From contig NC_057753.1 of NCBI RefSeq assembly GCF_004010195.1, positions 7,188,130 through 7,252,129 on the forward strand: a stretch of 64,000 bases of DNA. The letters run 5' to 3'. Positions 35,478 through 48,379 of this stretch are shown piece after piece; positions within the stretch are counted from its first letter, which is position 1; each line of letters opens with the position of its first letter. The DNA comes from Chiloscyllium plagiosum. Lineage: Eukaryota. A program made the translations under genes and the position numbers. Under the pieces are notes generated by a model, which saw nothing but the letters and a program-made list of their open reading frames with translations, did not search any database and had not been told where the DNA came from.

Positions 35478-36530
35478 TAAAAAAAACAGCATGTGTATTT
35501 TGACAACATGACATCGTAGCTGAGTTTTTTTTTCATTTAATTCTAAAACAATAGATTTTTCTTAGATTATGGTAATGGGCATGCAACAAAAACAAGTATT
35601 TCGCTAACATTAATTAGTTTTGATGTGGGACAAATTAGTCTGCATTATTTTCTGTAATTTATAATTTATTTGTATGTTGTTACAGAAAGTATATTTATTT
35701 GAAGGGAAAAACTTACAACTTTGTCAATCAATGTTAAAACAAAAAGAACAATGAAGGTAGGAGTGATGTCTCAGATGTTAATTAACATCAAAGGAATCTG
35801 AACAAATAGCAGGTTTGCTTTTAAATTTAGACTGGTAACAAAACAAGATTACTGTCTTGCTTGACAATTCAGCTAATGTGTGCGTGTGTGTGTGTCTGTG
35901 TGGGGGCCTTTTTTTTGTTAATTTGTCTAATTGTTTAAAATTATTAACTCCGCTGAAACGTGAATTGTTTTGGGCTTTGTAAGTAGTCAGAATAAATCTG
36001 CAGTTCGTACATAACTTCTCAGCTCTTATTCTCCACAGAGAGTCAAAAATCTGACTTTCGCAGAGCTGAGAGTGTGTTTCTGGAAAAAACAACACTGCAG
36101 GTCATTCATCATGCGAGGAGGAGGACAATCGACGTTTCGGGCAGGAGCCCTTCATCAAGGAATCCTGGGATGCTGCCTGACCTGCTGTGCTTTTCCAACA
36201 ACGCACCCACAACTCTGATCTCAGCATCTGCAGACCTCACTGTCTCCTTGATTTTCACACAGCGTCATTCACCAAAACCACTCCAAAGAGCCAACACTCA
36301 GACGAGAACGAAATTGCTGTAGACTGCAAGTATCAATCAGAAACACAGAAAAAATTGAGAAAAGAGTTGAAGAATGGGCAAAATCATGATAGAGACAAAT
36401 CTGAATACTTGATAAAAATGCGAACGAAAATACATGTTTGATCAAAAGAATCCTTGATGCTGAATCTTAACTTCACCTCTTTTACTGTCATCCTCACCTA
36501 TTGAAAACGGAAAAGAAAAGAATCAACGTT

Positions 36531-37030
36531 NNNNNNNNNNNNNNNNNNNNNNNNNNNNNNNNNNNNNNNNNNNNNNNNNNNNNNNNNNNNNNNNNNNNNN
36601 NNNNNNNNNNNNNNNNNNNNNNNNNNNNNNNNNNNNNNNNNNNNNNNNNNNNNNNNNNNNNNNNNNNNNNNNNNNNNNNNNNNNNNNNNNNNNNNNNNNN
36701 NNNNNNNNNNNNNNNNNNNNNNNNNNNNNNNNNNNNNNNNNNNNNNNNNNNNNNNNNNNNNNNNNNNNNNNNNNNNNNNNNNNNNNNNNNNNNNNNNNNN
36801 NNNNNNNNNNNNNNNNNNNNNNNNNNNNNNNNNNNNNNNNNNNNNNNNNNNNNNNNNNNNNNNNNNNNNNNNNNNNNNNNNNNNNNNNNNNNNNNNNNNN
36901 NNNNNNNNNNNNNNNNNNNNNNNNNNNNNNNNNNNNNNNNNNNNNNNNNNNNNNNNNNNNNNNNNNNNNNNNNNNNNNNNNNNNNNNNNNNNNNNNNNNN
37001 NNNNNNNNNNNNNNNNNNNNNNNNNNNNNN
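36531..37030. other. Assembly gap (500 N) at the point where cassette orientation flips
   Basis: Run of N. Confidence 1.
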
Positions 37031-39595
37031 GCACTATCCTGATCAATGATTTGTTGAGCAGATGGAGGGATGGCCTGGACAATGAAATTGGAGAGCTTGG
37101 GCGTCAAGTCATAACATCTCAGGGACATTGTGCCACATTGTCCTGTGCACTATACCCCCCACCGCCTTCTGGACAAAAGAGGAAGATAACGAAGGTGGAA
37201 CAGTTTCAGGAGTGAAATGCGTCCTCTGATGAGAAAGGAGAGAGGCAACAATAATGGGCCAGAGAATCATTCTCGTTCAAAAAACAAAACTGCGTGAGTA
37301 CTGATTCAAGATAGATACCCGTCAACGAACTTAATTTGAAGCGAATCTTGTGCGGCTGAGTCACCTGGAAAGTAATGGCATTTGTCTATTCCCTTCAGGA
37401 ATCGACCTCGTTGGAGCATATCTCGTGAATTTCGAATCATTTTCATTCGGCACTATTTTAAACAAAGATTACAGTCATTTGCGAAATATTGTGATCTTGT
37501 GATGACTTTGAAGCGGCAAATGCACGCACAAATTGAATATTTTCTGTTGTTACTTCCAGACGACAGCGACACCACCGAGTGGCTATCTACAACTGTGGTA
37601 TCTCGGCAGAAGCAGGATTTTTGGCCTTTGCTCCAGAGAAAAGAAATCTTCTGCTCATAAAAGGTTCCTGCTGGCCAGAAGCACATTTCAGTAACTTTTA
37701 TAGAACGTCGTTATCTTTGCCTAAATGAATCATTTTAAAATGTATTTACTTTCATGTAGGTTTCAATCATTTAATGCACTCTCCTTGTACATGTATTCAC
37801 AAACTGACTTTTGGGATAGAGGCGAGTATTTCAGTTTGTTCGAAGCTATGTTTGAAATGCACATTGACAGCAACAGAGTAGATTAACATACCACATGAAG
37901 TCAGCATGAATGACTCTCCTTCCTAACCTCTCTCCACGTCTGAGGTGTTCTGAATCTCAGGGTAAAGCCTCCACCATCCATCTCTCTCTCATTAGAGACC
38001 AGAACGTTATGATCAACTATTTAATTTTCATGCTTTGGATCCATTAATCGCTGATTGATGTAATATATTGGAGTATTGAGGCAAGTATCCGAAAGTAGCA
38101 AATGCTGAAATCACAAAACAGTTCAGACAGCATTTGTGCAGCAAGCGACAATTACTTCAGAACATTGTCGACTGCAGTAATTGGATGTTAGGATCTGTTT
38201 CCATGCTATATGACTCAATCACGTTGTTGTTTTTTTTAAAAGAGATAAATCAATCAACGTATTTTCAGTTATTACATGACTTTAACGGGGCTGTGTTTGA
38301 CATAGAGGTCAAGAGTGAAATGCTTCCATTCTATCCCACTTCTGTTAAACAAAACGTCAAGTCTCAGGAGTTCATCTGTTCATACCGTCAATTGCTGTTG
38401 GCATAAACTCTTAAAGGGAATTTTTCAAATGAGCGTTATTTGTTTTCGGCCTGGCTGTAATCTGGAAACGAAACTGCAGTTTTAAATGGACTCTGTGAGA
38501 CCACGCTTAGATAATCACGAGTGGTTTTGTTTTCACTCGCTAAGAGTGCACTTGCCAGAGTCGACGTGAAGTGGAGGTTCACAAGGCTGTCACGAGAGCC
38601 AGCAGAACTGTCCTCGAGGAGATCTTTTTTTGAGTAGTCGTTTATTCAATGCAGTTTAGATGGATGAGAGATGATCTGACTGTAAAGTAGATTTTTTAAC
38701 GTTGCTGGACTGACCGATGCAGGGAGGATCGTTCTCCTGCTTCGTGACTCTTTCACCAGGTGGCAAAGTCGCAGGATATGGGGTATGACTGAGATGAGGG
38801 AACATTTATTCAGTTAGAAAACAGTGAACATGTGGAGTTCTCTCCTACAGCAGGCAATGGCGGTCACATCATTGAATATATTCAAGAGATAGTTTTTAGT
38901 GTGTTTAGAGTCATGACTGACTTCGAAGATAGATGACATAGACCCTCGGTTCAAGGATAAGTAGACATTGGAACTAAAGTTTAGCCTTCCCTCCAACACC
39001 ATTGGACATACAACAGTTGGGTCCAAACGTTTTCTTGAGTGTCTGACTGATTGTGCCCAATCCTCTTGACTACTACCAGAGTCTGTCGCAGAGTTACTGT
39101 GCTGTGGGGGCCCTGTGCAAATGATCTCTCTCCAATGCAATGAAGCCTGGTGAATCCTTGACAACAATCCAGTTCTGGGTTCATGCTAAGCAGCAAGGCA
39201 AGGCTGAAGTCTTATGAGTCTTTGTTTGAGGGGGCAAACAGACTAGGCAATTGAGGGCTATTATTTTGTATGACAATGAATTAAGGACTCAGCTATGCAA
39301 CCTTGGTCAAAGTGATGAGCTAAATGCTTTATATCCAGCGTACAATGAATTTATTGCTGGAGCATTTCACGTGCAACATAGAATTGCAGACGTATGTTAC
39401 AATTGATTATAAGTGTGCCCGTTCTGTTCTTGCAGTTTGCCTTATTATGAATGCTCAGGCCTAAGTTTGGCATTGTGGGGCACGTTTAACATTGCATGAT
39501 GGGAAAATGATTAATTCTCGAATTATGGATCTGCAAAGTAAACAAGTCTGTGGTAAGAGGTCAGAACTGGCTTTCAGGACCATTCTGAATGTAAG

Positions 39596-39788
39596 NNNNN
39601 NNNNNNNNNNNNNNNNNNNNNNNNNNNNNNNNNNNNNNNNNNNNNNNNNNNNNNNNNNNNNNNNNNNNNNNNNNNNNNNNNNNNNNNNNNNNNNNNNNNN
39701 NNNNNNNNNNNNNNNNNNNNNNNNNNNNNNNNNNNNNNNNNNNNNNNNNNNNNNNNNNNNNNNNNNNNNNNNNNNNNNNNNNNNNNNN
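39596..39788. other. Assembly gap (193 N)
   Basis: Run of N. Confidence 1.
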
Positions 39789-41870
39789 AAAGATTACCAC
39801 ATCCTTGGTCAGTCCAGGCCAATGAAAAAAAAATTGTACCTTCGCCTCGGCATTTCCTACCCCTCGGTGACCACGAGTCGGTAGTTCGTGTGCTACATGT
39901 AACACCTTCAGTTTGCTCCCAGTGCCCTGGTGCACTTCGGCCCATTTCCCTTCTACACTAACCAGCCGTCATCTCCATTTCTGTCTTCGGATTCTATATT
40001 CCTGATTATAATCTTCCAGAAAACGTTTTGCCTCTTTTCGTCGCGGGCACACACAAATAAAACCATTCATCATCTTGTCTTACTCCTGCAAGTCTCTTCG
40101 CCTTCCAGGGCTAAACACTCCCGTCTGATCCTCTGCCTGTTCAAGTTTTTTTCCGGCACCATGACGTCAAACAGGGTGTGTGCTAACTTCACTTCAACTC
40201 CTTCATCTTTCTCTACTTTTCGCTTCGTTGTGTTTCTTATGATAGTCAGATCAAATTACTACACAGTCTGGGAAAATACCAGGATATTTCTGTTTTCACG
40301 CCTCAGTTTCTTGGACTTTCTTGGGCTTTCCATATAATGGGGTGTCACTCCCACCTTGGATCTTGCCAAATCATTCCCAAGAAAAAACTGAAATCCTAAA
40401 ACTGACAGTCTGTCAATCACTCCCATTCTGACTTCCTCAGACTTAAGTTGGTACTCCAACCGGATCATACATCGGGGAACGCTAGATTTCTGTCCATCTA
40501 TCCCACAAATTACCACACTCACCGCTAACAGATCAGAAACAATGCATATTTGCTCATCTCTCACGATCAATGACTGGTGTGATCCTGCATCTCTGAAAAT
40601 TATTTTTTTTTTGTATTCCTTCCCCGTTCTTTTGGAGTAAACTTTAGCCGCAAAGGCGACCTCTTTTTCAAGATAAGGTACTAACTACATACTGAGCCCC
40701 TGCCTAGGCTGTGCACTCTCCTGCAGATCCTCGGCTTGTCTTGGAGTTATTTTAGTAATTTCACTTATGCTTAGCTTCGCTTACCACATCTTTATTTTTC
40801 ACAGCACGTTTCTTTCCTGACCAACACTATGACTTTACATGTCCCACTTTACCATAGTGGAAACAACTGATGTCTTTCCCCTCCTTTCGCTCCTATTGGG
40901 CATCCTTTTAAAAATCTTATCAGTGCTCTCCACTCTTGTGTATGTCATTTAGGATCTCATTTCTCCTAACTTGTATCTCTCACAGGTCGAAATTTTGTTC
41001 GGAATCTTGTTTTCTGAAGCAACATGTATTCATCTGCTAATTCTGCTGTCATTCCCATTTCCTGAACATTCTGTGTCTCCACATGAATTCTTACCAGCTT
41101 TGAAAGTGAGTTTTTAAACTCATCCTGCAGAATAATCTCTCGTAGAGACTCAGTGGTCTTATCAATTTTTTAAGCAATTTCTCAACAAGCAAAATGATCA
41201 TGTTTATTTCTTTCAAACTCAGCGTAAGTCTGACCTGTTTCCTTCATTATGTTTGTGAACTGTTGACTGTATGCTTCCACTGCCAATTGATGAACACTTT
41301 AAATAGACTGTTTAACCTCTTCATAGTCCCTTGACTACTCATTTGACAGCGAGACAAATACCTCAATAGCTGTGCCAACCAGTTGTATATGAATTACCAT
41401 TAGCTAAAAATCCTCGGACTGTTCCATCATCTGAGCCAACGTTTCAAATGAAAAAGGAAAGCTTTAGAATCTTCCGCATCAGAATGTACAGAGTACATTT
41501 CTTTACTCTCTATTTCTCTCTCCCTTTCTTCTCTCTCTCTTTGCTCAGTGAAGAACCTTCTCTCTGTTTCTTTTCTGTCTCTTTTTCCTCTCTCTCTCTT
41601 TAGCTCCTCATTCCACTTCACTCAATTGTAATTTATGTTTTTCTTCCTCTGCCCCTAATGTCTATTTCTCTGAAACACCTAAGTAATTCCTTGACAATAA
41701 TAACATTAATTTTCGTTAAACCCAAACTAACTGCTGGATGTAAGTTTGCTTGCTGAGCTGGAAGGTTTGTTTTCAGACGTATTGTCATCACCTTATTTTG
41801 TAAATGACATTACGTTTGCGTGCTTTCTGTATCGCGTCTTTCAAGTTCATCAGCTGCTTTTTGATTAAAA
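39789..41870 (-). mobile_element. Gmr1-like Gypsy relic, copy c
   Basis: Reverse complement of 10625-12718; VLHVAHELPTRGHRGVGNAEAKVQFFFHWPGLTKDV in ORF 39561-39935. Confidence 0.8.
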
Positions 41871-42356
41871 AAAATACCTTGCAAGAACCGCACTAAATAC
41901 CACATTGTACAAACAGGCAGAAAACCATCCGTGAGGATACATGAACATCAATTTGCCACTGAACGAAATGAACCACATACACTTGCCGACGGGCACCGCT
42001 TCGTCTGGGACAACATCACCAAAAAACACAGTGACTAGGATCCCACTTTCCAGCCCTTGAGAAAAAAGAGCAAGGAATGACGCAACTATGGGAAATGACA
42101 TCACCACAGAAAATAATGTCACCACAGGAAATGGCATAATCACACGTAATGACGTCACTAACCGGCATTGGGTGGGTTCGAACCCGAAATTCAGCACTCT
42201 AAATCAGAGTGCAACATAAAACTAACCACAATGGGATCTGTGTTAAAAGGAAATGGAAATTTAAAATTTGAGACCTGTCAACAAGTCTCATTTTAACTCC
42301 TTTATGCTCTTCGCTCCACCTGACAAGTGTTTAACTTGCAAAGTTCAGATACCTCT

Positions 42357-45100
42357 TGTGATGAATCTGCCCCTTTTACAAGGTTATTCTGTGTGAGTTC
42401 CTTTTTTATTCCAGAGTGTGCATAAACATAGAGGTTCCAAAATGTCTTGATATATTTGCTTGAAAAATCATTCAACTTTTATTTAAACACTGGTGCAATG
42501 AGAACGGAGTGGCCAGTTCTCAAAGTTCAGGGCACAGATTAGTTTGGTTTTGGCAAGCCGTTTTTTTTTAATGCACTGTTCATGCTTTAGGTTGGAACGC
42601 CAAAAAGCTGCTGCGGACGAAGTGAAGCACTTTCATACCGATTCCTTCTCCTTCTCACATCTCTCCTTCAAGAACCTGAGTTTGAAATTCCCTTTTGGCC
42701 AAATCGAGTTTGTGGGACGTTTCAGGAATTTGGAAGAGCATCATTAAGTTGCAAAAGAGTCGATTGAGTTTCCAAATAGTTATGCGATTCTAAGTTTTAT
42801 ATTATTTTGTTCGTGCGTAAATACATGCTGCTTTGTTTAAACTGAGTGTTTGAGCTAGTTGCATCAGTCCTGGAATATCCATTACACAACCGCTTAAAAA
42901 AAAACAGGAATGTTTGGAACTGAGCCAACATATTGAACAGTTGTGAGGGGATCTGGCTGCTTCATGAAGACTGGGGTGACGCAGCTGGATTTGTTTTAAG
43001 ATTTTGATTTGTTATAAGGGTTGTAGGACTCGAATTTGGCGATTGGTCGCTTTTAGTGTCTGCTGGGCTGGGCGTTGAACTTGTTTGTTTTAAGCAGTGC
43101 TAGACGTAGTTATGCCTTTTCCGTCACCAAGAACTTTCTGGGAGTGGAAAAACTGACTTTGTGATTTTCCAAAAGGCGATCAAGGAAAAGCTGCTGGAAT
43201 TGGGAGTCAAGCTGGAGATGAATCTGCCTCCTTCCATGAGGCAAGAAAAGGTAACTAAAAGAATCAGTCAGCATGTGAATTTTCTGGAAACGCCAGCAGA
43301 AGCTTTAGATTTAGCAAAACATTCAGTTGGACATGAAGCAGCTTGAGATAGATGCAAAAGAAATGGAAAGGGAAAAAGACTTGAAACTGTATGAATTTCG
43401 ATTAAGAGCCGAGTTAAGAGAAAAAGAACGAAATGTCCTTGCAGAATAAAAAGCAAGGTACCGGTAGGAAAGGAAATAAAGAGAAAGAAAGCTTGATCTT
43501 CATAAATTAACACTTAGAAAGGAAAGTCAGCTTAAAAGGACAGTCATGAAGGTTGAAGGTAAACTAAATGAGGAAGAGAGGTGGATGAGCAAATATATGG
43601 CCGCCAAAGGCCTGTTGGGAATTTATTCAAATGTATTCAATCATGGACGATATTCGATTAGAAGGATTAGAAGCCTTTTTCAATCTCATTTTACAAGGTA
43701 GCTAAACAAATGAAGAGGCCAGTGACCATGTGGGTTTTGCTGATCCAAACTAAACTTGTCGGTTGAGCTCGTAAGTTTTTTGCATCACTTTCAAAGTAGG
43801 TATTTGCGGCGTATGAGGAGGTGAAGATAGACATTTTAAGTGCGAATTAGGTTTTGCCAGAAACCTACAGACAGCGTTTAAATAACCTCCGGAGGGTCTA
43901 TAGTCAAACCTACATTGAGATTTAAGAGAATAAATGATGCTATTTTGACAGATGGATATGGGCTTTAAAGGTACAGCAAAACCATGTCGCTTTTAGAGAT
44001 AAGATTATTTTGTTGAAGTTCAATAAATATCACTTCTCGAAATATGGGAAATCATGCGGAAGAGCTGAAAGTTAAAAGGGTAAGATTCGCTGAAGAAAAG
44101 ACGAGTTGGTTGAATAAATAAACTTCGCTTCCAACATCGATTTCATTCCGGTAGTAACTGAAATAGGGCAAAAGGAAAATCCAATGTAGCAACAGAAAGG
44201 TAGATCTCGGTGAAGATCACAAAGATAACTTACCACAGGCTGAAAGGGAAAGCCGTGAAGGGGAAATGGAAGTTAAAAATCTCCAGTGCTTTCACTGCAA
44301 TTTAGTAGGCCACTTGAAAGTACAGTGTTGATCTGTGATAAAAAGTATTGGGAAGACAGAAGGTGGAGAGTCGGACAAGCCAGTTAATTCTGTTACTTTT
44401 TGAACCGATAGCAGTGTGGGATCTAAAACGCTGCAGAAGAATGCACAACCTAGTCAGAGTCTAATTAAGGAGAAATTGCCAGGTCATTACGAAGGTAAAC
44501 TTCACTCTCCAATGTCAGCGCAGCAGTTAAAGAGTTTATAATAGGAAGAATACAGGATCCGGTCCATTTTTGATGTTGGACGATGACGGGATATGTACCT
44601 TTGAAGGACTGTTGACAGAAAAAAAAAAATGCAAGTAACGGATTTCACGGTGAGACAAGAAATGCTCAGTTAGAGTGAGGTTAGAGTGCCCAATAAAGAG
44701 TAGAGAAGTTGTGGTAGGAGTTCTGAACAAGCTCTCAGCTCCAGGAATACAGTTGTCCTTGCTGACGATGCAGCTGCATCACAGTCAGGAGTTCTGCCGA
44801 ATTTGGTTGAAAAGCCAATGAAAACTCTGCTGCTGAACTTTTGCAGGATACATATGTTTTTGTTTTTGTTTTACTGTGTGAAAATGACGTCATAAGGTCA
44901 ACGTTTGAAAGAAAAGTGATCAAAGAAGACAGATAAGAACCTTAAAATGGAATTACGTGAGTTATTACTTGATCAAATGCTTGAGACAAAACAGATGCAA
45001 ATGAATGGCAAAGTAGAAATCCTTCGTTCAGAGAAATTAACTGAGTAGCAGCAGGAGGATGAGAAGGTAAACGAATTACCGGAGAGGTCATACACAAACA
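42357..45100 (+). mobile_element. Second Gmr1-like Gypsy relic, longer copy (candidate LTR 42357-42970, gag, zinc knuckle, protease)
   Basis: KEKLLELGVKLEMNLP gag N-terminus, KVAKQMKRPVTMWVLLIQTKLVG, QCFHCNLVGHLKVQC near 44284-44328, NTGSG protease-like site near 44547. Confidence 0.75.
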
Positions 45101-46203
45101 CAGGTTGCAGTAAGTGTGTGGTTGAAGGGTTTTCGGGCCAGTTTGATTACAGCTAATAGATACTGCTTCAGCCCAGAGACTTTCAAGAGTAAGGGGATAA
45201 AAAAACTTCCACAATGGAAATGGAGTGGCAAGTTCTCCCACTGCAACTTTTATCTGGTTTTGGCAGTCAGGTTATTCGCTGAAAGTAGCCTAGGCAGTTC
45301 AGACGTTGCTGGACCCAAAGCAGCAGTTCCATGCTGGTCACCTCTCCCTGAACTCTCTCCTCTAAGACACTGTGTTTGAAAATTATTTTTGGTTCCAAGG
45401 GTGTTTCATTTGGATTTTTGCAAGCGTTTGGAACAGCATTGTTCAGTTGGGCTTCTCTATTGTGTTATCGGACAGCTTAAGTTCTTCGGTAGTCTAATCG
45501 CTTTATTTATGTTCCATTTCCATATGGCTCAGAACTTTGCTGTTTTTCCTGCGTGTGTCCAAATGTCTTTTAAATTTTGTAAGCGTACATGCACCAAAAA
45601 CTTCTTGAGGCCGTTCATTCCATATACAAGCTACCCTCTGTATGAAAGAATTGCCACTCAGATCTATTTTAACTTTTCTGTTCTTACTTTACAATATGAC
45701 ATCTGGTTTTGAAGTGCGCTATCCGATGGAAAAGACCTTTGCTGCTCTTTAGTTCTTTGCCCACAAGTCTTATAAACTATTATAAGTTCACCCCTCAATG
45801 CCCTGTGCTCCAGTGAACAGATCTATCATTTCTTTATACCTCATACTGTCTAGTCGTAGCAGCATGCTTTTAAATCTTAACTGTAGCATCTTCAAGTTAA
45901 TGCTATCATACCAGTTCCAGGGCGACCAGAGCTGTACACAACCCTAAAGAAAAGTAGCTTCCCCATTGTCATGTTCAGTCTCAAAATGACGTCTCAATTC
46001 ATACCTACAACGGTATAAACAATGAAGCCGAGTGTGTTAAATGCCTTCTTCACAACTCTGCCTACCTGTGATGTAATTTTCAACGAAATATGAACCAGAA
46101 ACTCTCGATCTCGATCTCTGTTCCACAATACGATGAAAAGCCTGGACATTAACTGGGTCAATCCTGCCTTTCCTTCTGTTGCCAAAATGAACGCAATCGC
46201 AGT

Positions 46204-46492
46204 GGGCGGCACTTTGGCTCAGCGCCAGAGACCCGGATTCAATTCCCGCCTCAGGCGACTGACTGTGTGGAGTTTGCACATTCTCCCATGTCTGTGTGGG
46301 TTTTCTCCGAGTGCTCCGGTTTCCACCCACAGTCCAAAGATGTGCAGGTCAGGTGAACTGGCCATGCTAAATTGTCCGTAGAATTATGTAAGGGGTAAAT
46401 GTAGGGATATGGGTGGTTTGTGCTTCGGCAGGTCGGTGTGGACTTGTTGGGGCGAAGGGCCTGTTTCCACACTGTAAAGTAATCTAATCTGA
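46204..46492 (+). mobile_element. HE1-like tRNA-derived SINE (head partly deleted)
   Basis: Near-colinear with 28940-29237; inserted into the decayed CR1 and absent from the homologue near 20895. Confidence 0.85.
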
Positions 46493-48379
46493 TCTTTATC
46501 TAAATTAAACTCCACCTGCCACCCCTCAGCTAACTGACCTAATTGATCAGGTTTTCTTTGAATTCTTAGATAATCTTCTTCACTGTCGAATATACAAACA
46601 GTTTTGGTGTCATTCCCCATGACTAACCATGACTCCTAAATTCGCACCCCAATCGTTTTTACAAACGACAAGCATCAGTTGAATCCCCCCATCCCCACAC
46701 CTGATGACAGGCCACCAATCTGAATAAATAAGTGTCGCTTGGCCCACTCTGTTTCCTACAGTCAAACCACCGTTCCAATCAATTGTCAAGCCCTCCCTGA
46801 TTTCGATATCACCTCAATTTGCGAAATAGCCTAACAATGCGCAACCTAGTCAACGGCTTAACCAAAGCCCATATGCAGAACGCCTATCGCCCTGCCTGCA
46901 TATAACTTTCGGTTCATCCTGTCAACAAGTCAATTAAATTCCTGAGACAAGATTTTCCGTGAATATTGCCTATATTGCCTATCCCTAATTCTTCATTGCT
47001 TCTCGAAATGCATGCCAATCCGTCTCTCAGAATCCCGTGGCGCAAATTATTCATGCAATTTTATGATCTTTGTCACCTCCACCGTTTTTATATGCAGGGT
47101 TTTTGTTTAAATTGTTTTTGAAAGAGAGAAATCTCTTCGTTTACTGCAAATAAACTACTAATAGCGTACATGAGGCAACAGATAAATTGTTGACTCCAGT
47201 TCAATATCCATCGTGACCCCTGTGTGATTCGTAATTCTCCCCATTTTGAATCCAATGCTAAAATGTAGCAAAGATAATCACTGTCAAGATGGCTCTGAAA
47301 TGAAATAGTATTTTGCGCAGTAGATTTTATGAGAATTCTGTTTACATTTTAGTTGACACCAACACCCAGCAATCATAATTACGTTCATCATCCTCTCAAA
47401 ATCTCCCCCATTCCATTCAAAGCAAAATTAATTTTTAATGGTGCCGTCAATTATTTTCAAAGACGTAAATACGAGAAAGCTAACATTTCAGTAAGTGCAT
47501 CCAACATCAGAGTGAGCTGCCAATTTCAAATCATACTTGGTACATTCTGAATTTTTCAAGACAGTCTTCCACGTTTCAGAAATGAAAATTCAACTGATTC
47601 AATTAATTTATTGTGACAACGCATGCCTAAGTACAGGAAAATAATTTGTTTGTGAGGCATACAGGAAGGGTAAAGTAAGCCAAGACATGCAGAGCATAAG
47701 CTTCATAGTGAGGAAAATAGATAACATCAAATGTATATTTAAATGAGTGGAATATGTATAATCAATGCTATGATGAGGTCCGATGTAGATCACTCACAGG
47801 GAGTCGCTCGGTGTCGGCGTGTGCTATTCTTTGTGTCTGTTGTGTAAGGGTCGATAATCCGCTGCATCTATCCTTTCTCTGAAGCAAAACCCAAACAACA
47901 CATTTATATGTTCAACAAGTCCTGCAGCATTTGAAGTACAAGGTGCGCCACAATTTCAGTTTTAGGCAGTGAGACAAACATGCTCTCATTGAGCCAAACA
48001 TGAGATATTCGGACTTAGAGCAGACAATATTGTTTTCATGAATGAGAGTAAAGTAAGCTGCAATGGTTTTCTCACCATGTAACTGTGAAGTGCAACCATG
48101 GATTTCAGTACAAGAGCATGAACGAAGATATTTAGTACATGATTGAGGATGACGGTTTTCATTCAGAGAATGGTGAGCCTGATGTTTTACTGCTGCAGAG
48201 AATGGATGAGACCTAAAAAGTAAATGTTTCAAAAACGTAGCTTTGCATATTCCTGAAGGCTCCAGGATACAAATGGTAGAAGGAGCAAGCGGATAAAGGT
48301 TAATGAGATTTATGGTCAGCAATAAACATTTTGAATATGGAGCAGACGTGATGGTCTGAAGGTACTGTAAACACAGAAA

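Larger units (their letters stand above)
27040..36530 (+). repeat. Segmental duplication cassette containing gene 2; more diverged paralogue of 1-7480 (direct) and 53170-63870 (inverted)
   Basis: Colinear similarity, e.g. 29750-32616 with 5-2868 and 35480-36530 with 6430-7485. Confidence 0.85.

Noticed and set aside
35476..35481. AATAAA polyadenylation signal at the copy 2 stop codon
   Set aside because: Not conserved in copies 1 and 3; AT-rich background makes chance hits likely.
45100..45540. 3' LTR of the Gypsy relic at 42357
   Set aside because: Only loose similarity to 42357-42970; I cannot define ends or a target duplication.
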